DNA of 60,947 bases, the filler included. It is 5 parts of 5 records of this genome, joined end to end, with 100 filler letters (N's around TTAATTAATTAA, not from the genome) between each part and the next. Parts side by side here need not be neighbours in the genome. Positions count along the whole stretch, not along the records: positions 48,116 to 60,947 come from SRR2962707_638; 4 more parts are not named here. One strand, 5' to 3'. Position 1 is the first letter of the stretch, and every line of letters begins with the position of its first letter. The translations under genes and the position numbers were made by a program. The notes beneath the pieces are model-generated. The model had not been told where the DNA came from, ran no database searches, and saw only the letters and a program-made list of their open reading frames with translations. This document shows positions 49,319 through 60,041 of this stretch, piece by piece.

Positions 49319-49624
49319 TTAGTTCAGAGAGACCTCAAGCACCGTGTGGTGCATTGAAACGCTGGGTCCATCAATGCTTTCAAGGAACGGCTTTAACGCA
49401 TCATCCTTGCCCAGATTGGCGGCAGCGCCTTTTGCATCTTCCATCGTCGCCCATTCGATTTGTTCAATCCATGTTCCATCATCGCTATGAGATAGACGCC
49501 GCGCGATAAAGCCAGAGCGATTTTCCATATAGGCTGTGGAGGCGGGGATGGTTGTTAAAAAGTGCTGTTTGCTAACGCCGTCGGTCAGCTTGAAAAGAAC
49601 GGTTTCCATAATGTGTTTGGTCAT
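49319..49624 (-). CDS. Small hypothetical protein, probable dimeric alpha-beta barrel (ABM-like)
   Basis: ETVLFKL..G, GFIARRL and W....EW.TMEDA pattern; GGAG RBS. Confidence 0.65.
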   Translation of the reverse strand: MTKHIMETVLFKLTDGVSKQHFLTTIPASTAYMENRSGFIARRLSHSDDGTWIEQIEWATMEDAKGAAANLGKDDALKPFLESIDGPSVSMHHTVLEVSLN

Positions 49625-49670
49625 ATTTCACTCCATTTGATTGTAATGGAGGACCCATAGCGCAAGCCAA

Positions 49671-49688
49671 CTGACACCCTTGTGTCAG
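49671..49688. promoter_or_regulatory. Palindromic operator-like site
   Basis: CTGACAC-CCTT-GTGTCAG perfect inverted repeat 47 nt upstream of the 49624 start. Confidence 0.55.
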
Positions 49689-49717
49689 CAGTGGCGCTGG
49701 TAAAGGCAGCTTTTCTT

Positions 49718-50359
49718 TTAAGGCTTAAGTGTCGCGAGTTTCAAACCAAAACCAATAAACACAACGCCGGTAATCCCTTTAAGCCAGCGCTGAAAGTTAT
49801 CACTTCTGGCTGCGCGGGTCAGGCGTGAAAACAGCAAGATCATGGCTGTAAACCAAATTACATTGAGCATTGAATGAATGAAAACCAGCGTAAAGGAAGC
49901 GCCCAATGCGCCGTGCGCCTGTGTTATAAATTGCGGGAAGGCCGCAAGGTAGAACATGGAAACCTTTGGGTTCAGCGCATTGGTCAAAAAGCCTTCTATG
50001 AAGGCCTTGAGCAGCGTTCTTTGTCTTTTCGCAGGCTCAATTGCCTTTGAAGTCGCCATGCCACGCCATGCGTCACGCAGCGCCTTAAAGCCGATCCAAC
50101 ACAGATAGGCAGCACCGAGTAGTTTCACGATGAAGAACGCTTGTGCAGACTGTACGAGAATGAGCGATATGCCGAGGATTGAAAGCGTACCGTGCACATA
50201 GAAGGCGACAAAAAAGCCCGCAACATTGGCGAAGCCTGCTGCTTTTCCAGAAGTTGGTACGGTCTTGGCGATAAGCACGCCGTTTGGGCCCGGCGACATA
50301 ATCAATAAGGACGTAATGAAGGTGAAGCTTAGAAGTGTACTAATGTCCATTTTCGCCAT
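49718..50359 (-). CDS. LysE/RhtB family exporter
   Basis: SPGPN, GAAYL..G and GFLTNALNPK motifs. Confidence 0.92.
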   Translation of the reverse strand: MAKMDISTLLSFTFITSLLIMSPGPNGVLIAKTVPTSGKAAGFANVAGFFVAFYVHGTLSILGISLILVQSAQAFFIVKLLGAAYLCWIGFKALRDAWRGMATSKAIEPAKRQRTLLKAFIEGFLTNALNPKVSMFYLAAFPQFITQAHGALGASFTLVFIHSMLNVIWFTAMILLFSRLTRAARSDNFQRWLKGITGVVFIGFGLKLATLKP

Positions 50360-50433
50360 CCATCGAAGACATAATCAGCGCTATATGCTCCAAAAATAGA
50401 GGATTTGGCAATTAGTTTTATCGCGGCTTTGCG

Positions 50434-51138
50434 CTAGACGGCTACATCGAAAAGACGGCCAACCAAAGCGGTAATGCCCATAGCGAAAATACCCCAAATG
50501 ACGACGCGGCGAAGCGACGGCCAAATTGGTGCGCCGCCGCCTTTTGCGCCGGCATAACCCAGCACAACAAGCGCCACGATCGTTGATGCAAGAACGGTGT
50601 AGATCAATATCGAAACGGGCGAAAACACAGCCGCTAAGAGCGGTACAGCGCCAGAGATGGTGAAGGTTGCTGCTGAGGCCAGAGCTGCTTGAAACGGATT
50701 GGCGGCGTGAATTTCTGAGAGGCCCAATTCATCGCGTATGTGCGCGCCAAGCAAATCATGGTCGCTCAATTCCTTGGCAACGATTTTTGCCGTTTCTGCG
50801 GTTAGGCCACGGGCGCGGTAAATCGATACCAATTCTTTAAATTCGGCTTCCTTGTTGTGGCGAAGCGACCATTTTTCGCGCTCGATATCTGCTTTTTCAA
50901 TGTCAGCCTGCGAACTCACAGACACATACTCACCGGCAGCCATAGACATAGCGCCAGCGACAAGACCGGCGATACCTGCGACCATGATAGAGGACTGCGT
51001 TGCACCAGCTGCAGCGACACCGACGATCAGAGACGAGATCGAGACGATACCGTCATTTGCACCCAGCACAGCGGCGCGCAGCCAACCGCTACGGTGCAGA
51101 TAGTGGCTCATTTCCGGATGTGCGGATGTGACTGTCAT
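50434..51138 (-). CDS. VIT1/CCC1 family Fe/Mn transporter
   Basis: LRAAVLGANDGI and AGAMSMAAGEYVSVSSQ. Confidence 0.92.
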   Translation of the reverse strand: MTVTSAHPEMSHYLHRSGWLRAAVLGANDGIVSISSLIVGVAAAGATQSSIMVAGIAGLVAGAMSMAAGEYVSVSSQADIEKADIEREKWSLRHNKEAEFKELVSIYRARGLTAETAKIVAKELSDHDLLGAHIRDELGLSEIHAANPFQAALASAATFTISGAVPLLAAVFSPVSILIYTVLASTIVALVVLGYAGAKGGGAPIWPSLRRVVIWGIFAMGITALVGRLFDVAV

Positions 51139-51182
51139 GGCTTGACCTTTTGATAAATAGAATTTGGCAGCGACTGGCTTTT

Positions 51183-51725
51183 CTAAGCCTTAGTGCCAGC
51201 CAAATGTTTAAACGCTTCAACAACGCCTAGGTAGACGTCTCGCTTAAACGGCACAATTAGGTTTGGCAACTCATCCATTTGTATCCACGCCCATTCATCG
51301 AATTCTGCGCTGTTGCCCGCAGGTGGTGGATTGATCTGAATCTCACTGTCATCGCCTTCAAACCGAAAGGCAAACCAGCGTTGTTTTTGGCCGCGATATT
51401 TGCCTCTAAGACCAATGCTGAGCATGTTTTTTGGCAAATCGTAATTGAGCCATTCGGGCGCTTCTTCGATCAAGCTTGCAGATTTGATGCCGGTCTCTTC
51501 ATAGAGTTCGCGCCATGCCGCTGCTAGCGGTTCTTCGCCCTTGTCGATGCCGCCCTGCGGCATTTGCCATAATAGGGGCGAGCCAGAATATTCGGTGTTG
51601 CCCTCCTTTATGCGCCGTCCGGCCCAGACAAGCCCATCACGATTAAGCACCATCACACCAACGCAGGGGCGGTAAGGCAGATCTTCAGGTTTCATCTTTT
51701 TGTCTTTGTTCTTGGCCATGCTCAT
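51183..51725 (-). CDS. rppH: RNA pyrophosphohydrolase
   Basis: [23 protein letters not shown] Nudix box, GQKQRWF and VPFKR. Confidence 0.94.
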   Translation of the reverse strand: MSMAKNKDKKMKPEDLPYRPCVGVMVLNRDGLVWAGRRIKEGNTEYSGSPLLWQMPQGGIDKGEEPLAAAWRELYEETGIKSASLIEEAPEWLNYDLPKNMLSIGLRGKYRGQKQRWFAFRFEGDDSEIQINPPPAGNSAEFDEWAWIQMDELPNLIVPFKRDVYLGVVEAFKHLAGTKA

Positions 51726-52966
51726 CTTCTTTCAGGGTCTTTTGCCAGCGCAGCAACGCCGACAATTTCAAAACCGGCTTTCTTGGCTTCGTTAGCCCAG
51801 TCGGCAACCGTTTTTACGGTCAGCTCAAGCGCATTGCCATAGCCGACAGCAGAACCGCGCGCGGATGCTAGGCTTTCAAGCGCCTGTAATTTTGCGCGTA
51901 TGGATGCCGCATCATTGGCGCTATCAATGTTCACATTGTTAGAAAGATAGGGAAGGCCAACGCTGAGCGCTTCTGCGCTTAGATTGCCGCTTACGCCCGC
52001 GCTACCATCATTGAAGAAAAGCAGGCCGCGCCGTGCCAGTTCTTCCATGATGGGTTGCATGGCGTTTTTATCGGCCATAAAACGCGCGCCCAAATAATTC
52101 ATGATGCCCGTATAATTGGTGATCTTCCCCAATGCCCATTGAAGGTTTTCAATGTTGGTTTGTGGGCTTGAGGATAGACGCAATGTGTTCGGGCCTGGGT
52201 TCACGTTTGGATAATCAAATGGTTCCATCGGCACTTGTATCAGGATTTCATGACCCTTTTTTCTCGCTTCGCGCATCCAACGGTCAAGGCTGTAACCGGT
52301 CGGCGCAAAGGCCAGGGTGATCTCTGGCGGCAAATCATTAATCGCGCGCTGTGTGCCCGTTTGCGAAAGGCCAAGACCGCCGATAACAAGCGCGATGCGC
52401 TTGCCGCCACCGGCAGACCAAGGCCGCGCATAGATGTCGCTGGGCCTGCGTCCATTGGGCGTGCGGATAGGCAGTTTGCCGAAGGCCGTTTCTTCTAGGG
52501 CTTCATCAACGGGCAGATAGGCGCGATCTGGCTGCTGGCCAATTTCTACCGCTGTTGGATCTGTTACGCGGATAATGCGCGGGCCACCGGGCGAGACCTG
52601 AATTTCGTTGTCTGCAGTATTGGGAATGGGCAAGGGTCCATCGTCGGTTGGAGCGATGCCCTTTTGATTGCCGTAAAGGACATTAACTTCATTTTGATCG
52701 GTGATGGTGCCGCTGGACGCCGGTGCCTGCTCTTTGGGCGGCTCGACGACGGCAACTTGCGGTTCTTCTGGCATTGGAAGACGCACAATTTGCGTCTCAT
52801 CCATGGATGTTCTTGTTAGTAACACCGAGGCATTTACGCCAACAAGAGCGATCAACAGCACACCAATAATAATTGAATAAACGCCAATCTTCCGCTGCGC
52901 GCTTTTATCCTTCTGCGCAGCTTTTGGCTTTTTATTTTTGCCTAATGGGGCGTTGAGATCGTTCAT
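51722..52966 (-). CDS. Divergent polysaccharide deacetylase family protein
   Basis: [26 protein letters not shown] and NYLGARF; conserved position after ctpA. Confidence 0.88.
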   Translation of the reverse strand: MNDLNAPLGKNKKPKAAQKDKSAQRKIGVYSIIIGVLLIALVGVNASVLLTRTSMDETQIVRLPMPEEPQVAVVEPPKEQAPASSGTITDQNEVNVLYGNQKGIAPTDDGPLPIPNTADNEIQVSPGGPRIIRVTDPTAVEIGQQPDRAYLPVDEALEETAFGKLPIRTPNGRRPSDIYARPWSAGGGKRIALVIGGLGLSQTGTQRAINDLPPEITLAFAPTGYSLDRWMREARKKGHEILIQVPMEPFDYPNVNPGPNTLRLSSSPQTNIENLQWALGKITNYTGIMNYLGARFMADKNAMQPIMEELARRGLLFFNDGSAGVSGNLSAEALSVGLPYLSNNVNIDSANDAASIRAKLQALESLASARGSAVGYGNALELTVKTVADWANEAKKAGFEIVGVAALAKDPERR

Positions 52967-52996
52967 ACAATCAACTGCTTTGGCTTGCTGCGAATC

Positions 52997-53023
52997 AAAA
53001 GGGCCACAATTTCTGTGGCCCTT
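52997..53023 (-). terminator. Terminator-like hairpin after ctpA
   Basis: AAGGGCCACA-loop-TGTGGCCCTT with T-run on the minus strand. Confidence 0.65.
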
Positions 53024-53056
53024 ATTTTAAATTTTATAGTGGCGATTGGCCAATGT

Positions 53057-54379
53057 TTAGTTTGGCAACGCTTTTGCCACATCAGCAGGGTATGCCGGAT
53101 CTGTGCGTTCACCGCGAATAAGTTCCAGCGCAAATTTGAGCTGGTCATCATCTTTTGGATCTTTTGGCACATAGGCAACTGAACCCGACCCTTGGTCAGT
53201 TTCTTTTTCGCCTGCAATATGGCCGCGCAAATCAGATTCGCCGCGTGTCAAATCACGGCCCTGAAGTTCTTCCGGCAAAGTCTGATTGACTTTGATGTCA
53301 GGCGTAATGCCTGTGCCTTGGATCGATGTGCCAGATGGCGTGTAGTAAAGCGCTGTCGTTAGACGCAGCGCGCCACCTTCTGCGAGCGGAATGATTGTCT
53401 GCACAGACCCTTTGCCGAAGCTCTGGGTGCCTACAATCGTTGCACGGTGATGGTCTTGCAACGCGCCTGCAACAATTTCAGACGCTGACGCTGAGCCACC
53501 ATTGATCAATACGACGATTGGTTTCCCATTCACCAAATCACCGGAATGTGCAGAGAAACGACGGCTGTCGCGATCATCGCGGCCACGGGTTGAAACGATC
53601 ACACCTTTTTGCAGGAATGCATCAGAAACATTGATCGCCTGATCAAGAAGACCGCCTGGGTTCAGACGCAAATCAATGACCACGCCTTTCAGCTTATCTT
53701 CGCCGATTTCAGCGGTTAGTTTTTCAATGCCTGCGGCCAAATCATCATAGGTTTGCTGGCTAAACGAAATAACCCGCAAATAGGCAACATCGTCTTCTGC
53801 GCGGTATTTGACCGCTTGAACTTTGATGATGTCGCGGATGATTGTCACTTCGATTGGCTTATCTGCACCTTCGCGAAGAAGCTCCAATTTAATTGGTGTG
53901 TTTACTGCGCCGCGCATTTTTTCAACTGCGTCTTGCAGTGTGAGGCCGCGCACTTCTTCGCCATCGATTTTGTTGATGAAGTCGCCAGCAAGAACGCCCG
54001 CTGCTTCCGCAGGGCTTTCAAACATCGGCGTGATGACTTTAACAAGTTCATCTTCCATCGTCACTTCGATGCCAAGACCGCCAAATTCACCGCTTGTTTG
54101 GGTGCGCATGTCTTCTGCATCTGCTTTGTTCAAATACGATGAATGCGGATCAAGCGACGTCAGCATGCCATTAATGGCGCTTTCGACAAGCTTCGTATCA
54201 TCTGGCTTTTCAACATAGTTGCTGCGCACACGCTCAAAAATATCGCCGAAGATGGCGAGATTTTTATAGGTGTCACTGCCTGCAGCATTGGCGCTAATAA
54301 CTGGCTGGCCAGCAACCAAAATAGTTGTGCCTGCACCCACGAGTGCGCCTGCTAATAAGAGTGAAAACTTCCGCAACAT
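53057..54379 (-). CDS. ctpA: C-terminal processing protease (S41)
   Basis: LDPHS, PDZ GGLGIE, DLRLNPGGLL, SASASEI and FGKGSVQ. Confidence 0.94.
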   Translation of the reverse strand: MLRKFSLLLAGALVGAGTTILVAGQPVISANAAGSDTYKNLAIFGDIFERVRSNYVEKPDDTKLVESAINGMLTSLDPHSSYLNKADAEDMRTQTSGEFGGLGIEVTMEDELVKVITPMFESPAEAAGVLAGDFINKIDGEEVRGLTLQDAVEKMRGAVNTPIKLELLREGADKPIEVTIIRDIIKVQAVKYRAEDDVAYLRVISFSQQTYDDLAAGIEKLTAEIGEDKLKGVVIDLRLNPGGLLDQAINVSDAFLQKGVIVSTRGRDDRDSRRFSAHSGDLVNGKPIVVLINGGSASASEIVAGALQDHHRATIVGTQSFGKGSVQTIIPLAEGGALRLTTALYYTPSGTSIQGTGITPDIKVNQTLPEELQGRDLTRGESDLRGHIAGEKETDQGSGSVAYVPKDPKDDDQLKFALELIRGERTDPAYPADVAKALPN

Positions 54380-54380
54380 T

Positions 54381-55745
54381 CTAGGTCCTTCCCGCAGTGA
54401 CCCGCTCCCACCAAGGTGCAGGGTCGATCGGTTTTGATTTTGCCCGAAACTCTATATAGAGCGTCGGATTGTCATTGTCAGTAGCCGCAGCGGTTACGCT
54501 TGCGAGTCGAATCCGTCCCATGGCACCAACAGGCTCACCTTCAAGCACAAATTGTCCTTGTGCAACGTCTATTCGGTCCATTCCGGCGAGAACTAAATTA
54601 TAATCTTCGCCTGCATCCAGTATCAATAGGTTACCATAAGCGCGAAATGGTCCTGCATACAATATCACCCCATCAGCTGGAGCGGTCACAATCGCGTTAG
54701 GACTCGTTTCAATCGTGTCACCGCGCGCAGTTGTTCCTAGTCCGTCATCGTCACCAAATGCGGTAATTGTGCGACCAGAAACAGGTTTTGCGAGTTGGCC
54801 GAAGCGTTTTGAAAACGCGAGTGCCGGCGTTAACCGTCTTTGTTGATTGGCAAGCTCTTCCGCGCGTTGACGTGCCGCATCAATCGCCGCCTGATTGGCA
54901 GTTGCGCTGTTTTTCAGACTTTCTTGCAATAGGCGCTCTTGTTCATCAGCTTGGCGCTTAGCATCGGCGGCCGCTTGCAGCGTTGAAACAAGTTCTTCTA
55001 GGCTGTCGGCGCGGGCGATTAATTCTTCCATGCGTTGCTGCTCTGCTTTTAATTCTTCAGCTGTTTTGCCTTCTAAATCGCGCTTTTCCTGCACGAGTAA
55101 TGTCAGCCGCGCCTGCTCATCGGCTTGGGCAATGCGCTTAATGTCCAGCTTTTCGCGTTCGTCTTTGATGCTTGTTGTAGTTTGCGCAAGTTCCTTGATG
55201 TCGGTCAATAAAACGGCTGTCTCACGCCGCATATGGGGCACAACCGCGCTTAAGATGATGGCGCTGCGCACAGAGCCAAGCGCATCTTCTGGCTTTACAA
55301 GCAGAGCAGGCGGCGGGTTTAGGCCCATGCGTTGCAGCGCTGCTAAAACCTCGGCCAGAACAGCGCGGCGCTGCCATAGGCTCGTGCGGATATCTTCTTC
55401 CTGCGCCAAAAGCCGTTTGAGCTCTTCTTCCAATTTATAAATATCGCCCGCTAGCTTCTTCTCGGTTTTTGCCGATTGGATTAGTGCTGCGGTGATGGAC
55501 GCGCGGTCTTTGCGGATTTTTTCAACTTCGGCAGCAAGTTCTAATGCCCGCTTTTCTGTGACGCCGCGCAGATTGCGAATTTCTTCCAATTCGCGGCTGG
55601 ATTTCTCCAAGCTCTCAAATGGGTTTTCACTTGTTGCTTCTGGCGGTGTTTCTTGGGCTTGGGCATAAAAAGTGAGCGGTGCCAGCAGCGCAATTGCTGC
55701 GACAGCAAAAATTTTTAGCGAATTTAATTTGTTATTCTTGTTCAA
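54381..55745 (-). CDS. envC: Murein hydrolase activator EnvC family
   Basis: Signal peptide, long coiled coil, degenerate M23 domain (YGNLLILD, LYIEFR, DPAPW). Confidence 0.85.
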   Translation of the reverse strand: MNKNNKLNSLKIFAVAAIALLAPLTFYAQAQETPPEATSENPFESLEKSSRELEEIRNLRGVTEKRALELAAEVEKIRKDRASITAALIQSAKTEKKLAGDIYKLEEELKRLLAQEEDIRTSLWQRRAVLAEVLAALQRMGLNPPPALLVKPEDALGSVRSAIILSAVVPHMRRETAVLLTDIKELAQTTTSIKDEREKLDIKRIAQADEQARLTLLVQEKRDLEGKTAEELKAEQQRMEELIARADSLEELVSTLQAAADAKRQADEQERLLQESLKNSATANQAAIDAARQRAEELANQQRRLTPALAFSKRFGQLAKPVSGRTITAFGDDDGLGTTARGDTIETSPNAIVTAPADGVILYAGPFRAYGNLLILDAGEDYNLVLAGMDRIDVAQGQFVLEGEPVGAMGRIRLASVTAAATDNDNPTLYIEFRAKSKPIDPAPWWERVTAGRT

Positions 55746-55844
55746 GAATCAAAAACCCAATGCGCTCGTATTTCTATGTGATTTGCGCGGATAAAACACC
55801 CCAAAAGGGATGATAATGGGGCAAAGGCTAAGTTTGATTGACGC

Positions 55845-56330
55845 TTAGTCGCGGTGATAGGGATGATTGTTCAATATCGCGCAGGCGCGGTAGAGCTGTT
55901 CGGCGACAAGAACACGGGCAATTTGATGCGGCCAAGTCAATTTACCTAAGGCGACAACCATACGCGCTTCGTTGGCGAGTGTTTGATCATGGCCATCTGG
56001 CCCGCCAATGGCAGCGACAAGTGTTTGTATGCCTTGATCGCGTAAATCGCCGATTTGACCGGCAAATTGACGCGATGATAAGGCTTTGCCGCGCTCATCA
56101 AATAAGAGAAGTGCACTGCGTGGGTCAGACAGCAGTTCGCGGCAACGCGCGCTTTCTTCTGCTTTTCGAAGTTCAGCGGTCTGCGCCCTGCTTTCAACGA
56201 TCTCGGTAACGCCGCTAAAACCTAAGCCAATTTGCGGGCCAGTTTTAGCAAGGCGATCCAAATAACGGTCGACAAGTTCACGCTCAGGGCCTGCCTTTAG
56301 CTTGCCCACACAAAATAAAATCAACTGCAT
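55845..56330 (-). CDS. rlmH: 23S rRNA pseudouridine1915 N3-methyltransferase
   Basis: DERGK, IGGPDG, TWPHQ, EQLYRA and HPYHR. Confidence 0.95.
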   Translation of the reverse strand: MQLILFCVGKLKAGPERELVDRYLDRLAKTGPQIGLGFSGVTEIVESRAQTAELRKAEESARCRELLSDPRSALLLFDERGKALSSRQFAGQIGDLRDQGIQTLVAAIGGPDGHDQTLANEARMVVALGKLTWPHQIARVLVAEQLYRACAILNNHPYHRD

Positions 56331-56371
56331 TTGTTCAAATCCTTCCGGTATTGCCTACCGGAAAAATCCAA

Positions 56372-56773
56372 TTAATGCACTGTGTCTGCGTCGTCCGACC
56401 ATACTTTTTCAAGCTGATAGAATTCGCGTACTTCTGGACGGAAAATGTGAATTACCACATCAGCCGCATCAATGAGCACCCAATCAGCGCCTGAAAGGCC
56501 TTCAACACGCGATGTGCCGAGGCCATTGTCTTTCAACAATCGGAGCAGATGATCTGCAATCGCGCTTACATGGCGATTAGAAGTACCCGACGCGATGACC
56601 ATATAGTCAGCGAGCGCAGATTTTCCTTCGATGTTGATGGGAACAATGTCCACGGCTTTGCTTGCTTCTAAGCTTTCCATGACAAGGTCGTAAGTCCGTT
56701 GCGCGGTGGCTTTGCCGCCGAGTTCGGATGTCGAAAGCACGTTTTCGGCTTTCTTTTGCGTTGCTGTTCTCAA
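56372..56773 (-). CDS. rsfS: Ribosome silencing factor
   Basis: KA.DI, ADYMVIASG.S.RHV and WVLID..DV.IHIF...RE.Y.LEK.W; TTG start after AAAGGA. Confidence 0.92.
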   Translation of the reverse strand: MRTATQKKAENVLSTSELGGKATAQRTYDLVMESLEASKAVDIVPINIEGKSALADYMVIASGTSNRHVSAIADHLLRLLKDNGLGTSRVEGLSGADWVLIDAADVVIHIFRPEVREFYQLEKVWSDDADTVH

Positions 56774-56870
56774 GTGGATCCTTTCAAGTGGAACAACGGA
56801 GATAAAGCGATTCGTTTCGCTCACCCCGATAAGATAGTCACTTCTCGGTGACAGATTCAAGACGTTATGG

Positions 56871-57527
56871 TTATTCAACCGATTCTGGCTGTGTTTTGAG
56901 GCTGCGAATTGCCGTAGATGACAGCGGCGAACGCGGCCCGTGTATGAATGTCCAAGCAGGCGCTGGCATGCGCGCTAGGAGTTGTGCGTCGGCTTCATCA
57001 AAGCGCGCATAATCGAATGTTTTGGCCATTGTTGAGGACAGATAAGACAGGGTTGAACCTGGTCTATCGATCACAGCAATGGGGAATGTGCCCGCAATTT
57101 CTTGCCAATTTTGCCATTTATGGAAACTGGCCAAATTGTCCGCACCCATGATCCAAACAAATTTTACGCCCGGATTGCGGCGGCGAATAATCGCCAATGT
57201 TTCGGCGGTGTATCGCACATCGTATGACGCTTCAAAGGCGGTCACCTTAACGCGGCGGTCATTGTTTATCGCCTCTGACCACGCGATGCGATCTGCCAAG
57301 CTTGGTAATTTAGAGGTGTCCTTGAGCGGATTGCCCGGTGTTACCATCCACCAAATTTGATTTAGGCCAAGACGACGCAAGGCGATTTCGGATACCAATA
57401 CATGGCCTTCATGGGGCGGGTTGAATGAGCCGCCAAACAAACCAACACGCATGCCTTTTTCGACATAGGGCATGCGCAGATATTGAGGCGGCACGCCCTG
57501 CGTGACCGGATTGGTATGATCGGTCAC
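56871..57527 (-). CDS. nadD: Nicotinate-nucleotide adenylyltransferase
   Basis: [18 protein letters not shown] and SSTAIR. Confidence 0.94.
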   Translation of the reverse strand: MTDHTNPVTQGVPPQYLRMPYVEKGMRVGLFGGSFNPPHEGHVLVSEIALRRLGLNQIWWMVTPGNPLKDTSKLPSLADRIAWSEAINNDRRVKVTAFEASYDVRYTAETLAIIRRRNPGVKFVWIMGADNLASFHKWQNWQEIAGTFPIAVIDRPGSTLSYLSSTMAKTFDYARFDEADAQLLARMPAPAWTFIHGPRSPLSSTAIRSLKTQPESVE

Positions 57528-58810
57528 TGCCTTGTTTGTCCAGTGCCGTGTACGCGGTATTTAAACGAAGTTAGCTGTTCAACACCGACTGGGCCGCGCG
57601 CGTGCATTTTGCCTGTCGCGATGCCAATTTCCGCGCCCATGCCAAACTCGCCGCCATCGGCAAATTGCGTTGATGCGTTGTGAAGCAAGATCGCGCTATC
57701 AACTTCATTAAAGAAGCGATCAACAACGCTTGCATCTTCCGCAATCACCGCTTCGGTGTGGTTGGATGAATATTGCTGAATATGGCTAATCGCCTCACCA
57801 ATGCCGTCAACGAGTTTAACCGAGATAATGGCATCGAGATATTCCGTTGACCAATCTTCTTCGCTCGCCAATTTGGCGTTCGGATAAAGATCGCAAATTT
57901 CCTGCGTTGCACGGATTTCACAACCCTTCGCCGCAAGGCTTTCCAATATTGGAACCAAATGCGTCGCTGCTGCTTTGCGGTCAACGAGCAGTGTTTCAAC
58001 TGAACCACAAATGCCGGTACGGCGCATTTTCGCATTGGTGGCAACGGCAACTGCCATGTCCAGCTTTGACGAATTGTCGATATACATGTGACAAATGCCT
58101 TCGAGGTGGGCAAACACAGGCACACGTGCGTCTGACTGAACACGCGCAACGAGGCTTTTGCCGCCGCGCGGGACAATCACATCCACAGTGCCATTAAGGC
58201 CTTTTAGAATTTCGCCCACTGCCGCGCGATCGGTTGTTGGCACAAGCTGAATGGCTGTTTCAGGCAAATCGGCAGCCTTTAAGCCTTCGACCAAGCAGCC
58301 ATGGATGGCACGTGATGAATTGACTGAATCGGAGCCGCCGCGCAAAATAACGGCGTTACCGGCTTTAAGGCAAAGCGCACCAGCATCGGCGGTCACATTT
58401 GGACGGCTTTCATAGATAACGGCGATAACGCCAAGCGGCGTGCGCACGCGCTCGATTTTCAAACCATTTGGACGGTCCCAAGCGGCGATCACTTCGCCAA
58501 CAGGATCCTTAAGATCGGCAATCGCGCGAATGCCATCGGCCATCGCCTCAATGCGTTCGTCTGTGAGTTTAAGCCGATCAAGCATCGCAGGGGTTAGTCC
58601 TGCTTCATTGGCATTTTCCATGTCGATCGCGTTGGCCGATAAAATCTCATCCTTATTGCGGATGATCGCATCGGCCATTGTCAAAAGTGCTTCATGTTTA
58701 CGTTTAGGCGAAGCAATAGATAGCGGCAGGCTGGCCGCTTTCGCGTCATGACCCATTTTGGCCATAAGCGTTGTCAGATCCTGATTATCTTTGTCGTTTT
58801 TCGTAAGCAT
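57524..58810 (-). CDS. proA: Gamma-glutamyl phosphate reductase
   Basis: [21 protein letters not shown] and HARGPVG. Confidence 0.96.
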   Translation of the reverse strand: MLTKNDKDNQDLTTLMAKMGHDAKAASLPLSIASPKRKHEALLTMADAIIRNKDEILSANAIDMENANEAGLTPAMLDRLKLTDERIEAMADGIRAIADLKDPVGEVIAAWDRPNGLKIERVRTPLGVIAVIYESRPNVTADAGALCLKAGNAVILRGGSDSVNSSRAIHGCLVEGLKAADLPETAIQLVPTTDRAAVGEILKGLNGTVDVIVPRGGKSLVARVQSDARVPVFAHLEGICHMYIDNSSKLDMAVAVATNAKMRRTGICGSVETLLVDRKAAATHLVPILESLAAKGCEIRATQEICDLYPNAKLASEEDWSTEYLDAIISVKLVDGIGEAISHIQQYSSNHTEAVIAEDASVVDRFFNEVDSAILLHNASTQFADGGEFGMGAEIGIATGKMHARGPVGVEQLTSFKYRVHGTGQTRQ

Positions 58811-58910
58811 TTTCTTCTCAAATTACTGTTTAGAATTGCGTTCTATACGGGCGAGTAAGCGCGGGCAATGTTGCTTAGCATCAGAAATATTGACCGCAAT
58901 CTTCAATTTA

Positions 58911-60038
58911 TTATGCGATGGGCACTTCGCTGAGTACCATATCATCGCGGTGTACCATTGAGGCGCGTGGCGCATAGCCAATAAGCTCTTCAATTTCATG
59001 GGTTTTGCGCCCAATGATCTTCACCGCATCGGTGCTGTCATAGGAGGTTAGGCCGCGGGCAATTTCGGTGCCTGTGCCATCAAGCATGATGGCAATCGTA
59101 TCGCCGCGCATGAATGTGCCTTTGATTGATTTGACACCGGCAGGAAGCAATGAATTGCCATTGATCATCGCGAGGCGCGCGCCATTATCGACATAGATGC
59201 GGCCCTGCGGCTCCAATTGTCCGGCAATCCAGTTTTTCCACGCAGACATGGGCGTTGTTGATGGAAGAAAGTGCGAGTAACGGGCACCATTTTCCAAAGC
59301 AGCAAGCGGATGGTTTTGTTTGCCGCTGGCAATAATCATCGCCGTGCCGGCATGGGTTGCGATTTTTGCCGCATCGATTTTTGTGCGCATACCGCCGCGA
59401 GAAAGCTCGGACGCTGCGCTTCCTGCCATCGCTTCAATTTCGGGTGTGATGACCTGAATTTTAGCCAAATGTTTTGCTTCGGGGTCAAGATGTGGCGGTG
59501 CCGTGTAAAGTCCGTCAATATCGGACAGAAGCACCAACATGTCGGCATCCATCATCGTCGCAACACGGGCTGCAAGGCGGTCATTGTCGCCATAACGAAT
59601 GGTGCTGGTGGCAACAGTATCGTTCTCATTGATCACAGGAATGGCTTTAAGGCGCAGCAATTCGCCCAAAGTGGCGCGCGCGTTCAAATAACGACGGCGC
59701 GTTTCTGTATCTTCAAGCGTCAACAAAATCTGTGCTGAAATGATGTTGTGGCTGTTGAGCGCATTGTTCCATGCAGGCGACAGCGCAAGCTGGCCAACGG
59801 CCGCTGCCGCTTGGCTTTCTTCTAGTTTTAAGGAGCCTGCGGGAAAATCGAGGACGGTGCGACCGAGCGCAATTGCCCCCGATGAGATGATCATGACTTC
59901 ACAGCCAGCCTGTTGAAGTTTTGCAATATCTGCACAGAGGCTTTCGAGCCATTCTTCACGTAGGCCTGTTTTCCGGTCAACTAAAAGCGCGGAACCAATT
60001 TTGATTGCTATACGCTTATAGTTTGAAAGGGCGTCCAT
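58911..60038 (-). CDS. proB: Glutamate 5-kinase
   Basis: KIGS, SSGA, INENDTV, GDND, GGMRTK and PUA domain. Confidence 0.96.
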   Translation of the reverse strand: MDALSNYKRIAIKIGSALLVDRKTGLREEWLESLCADIAKLQQAGCEVMIISSGAIALGRTVLDFPAGSLKLEESQAAAAVGQLALSPAWNNALNSHNIISAQILLTLEDTETRRRYLNARATLGELLRLKAIPVINENDTVATSTIRYGDNDRLAARVATMMDADMLVLLSDIDGLYTAPPHLDPEAKHLAKIQVITPEIEAMAGSAASELSRGGMRTKIDAAKIATHAGTAMIIASGKQNHPLAALENGARYSHFLPSTTPMSAWKNWIAGQLEPQGRIYVDNGARLAMINGNSLLPAGVKSIKGTFMRGDTIAIMLDGTGTEIARGLTSYDSTDAVKIIGRKTHEIEELIGYAPRASMVHRDDMVLSEVPIA

Positions 60039-60041
60039 GAT

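Noticed and set aside
58829-58847. Irr ICE-like TTTAGAA...TTCTATA upstream of proA
   Set aside because: The spacer is 5 nt rather than 3 and the gene has no iron link
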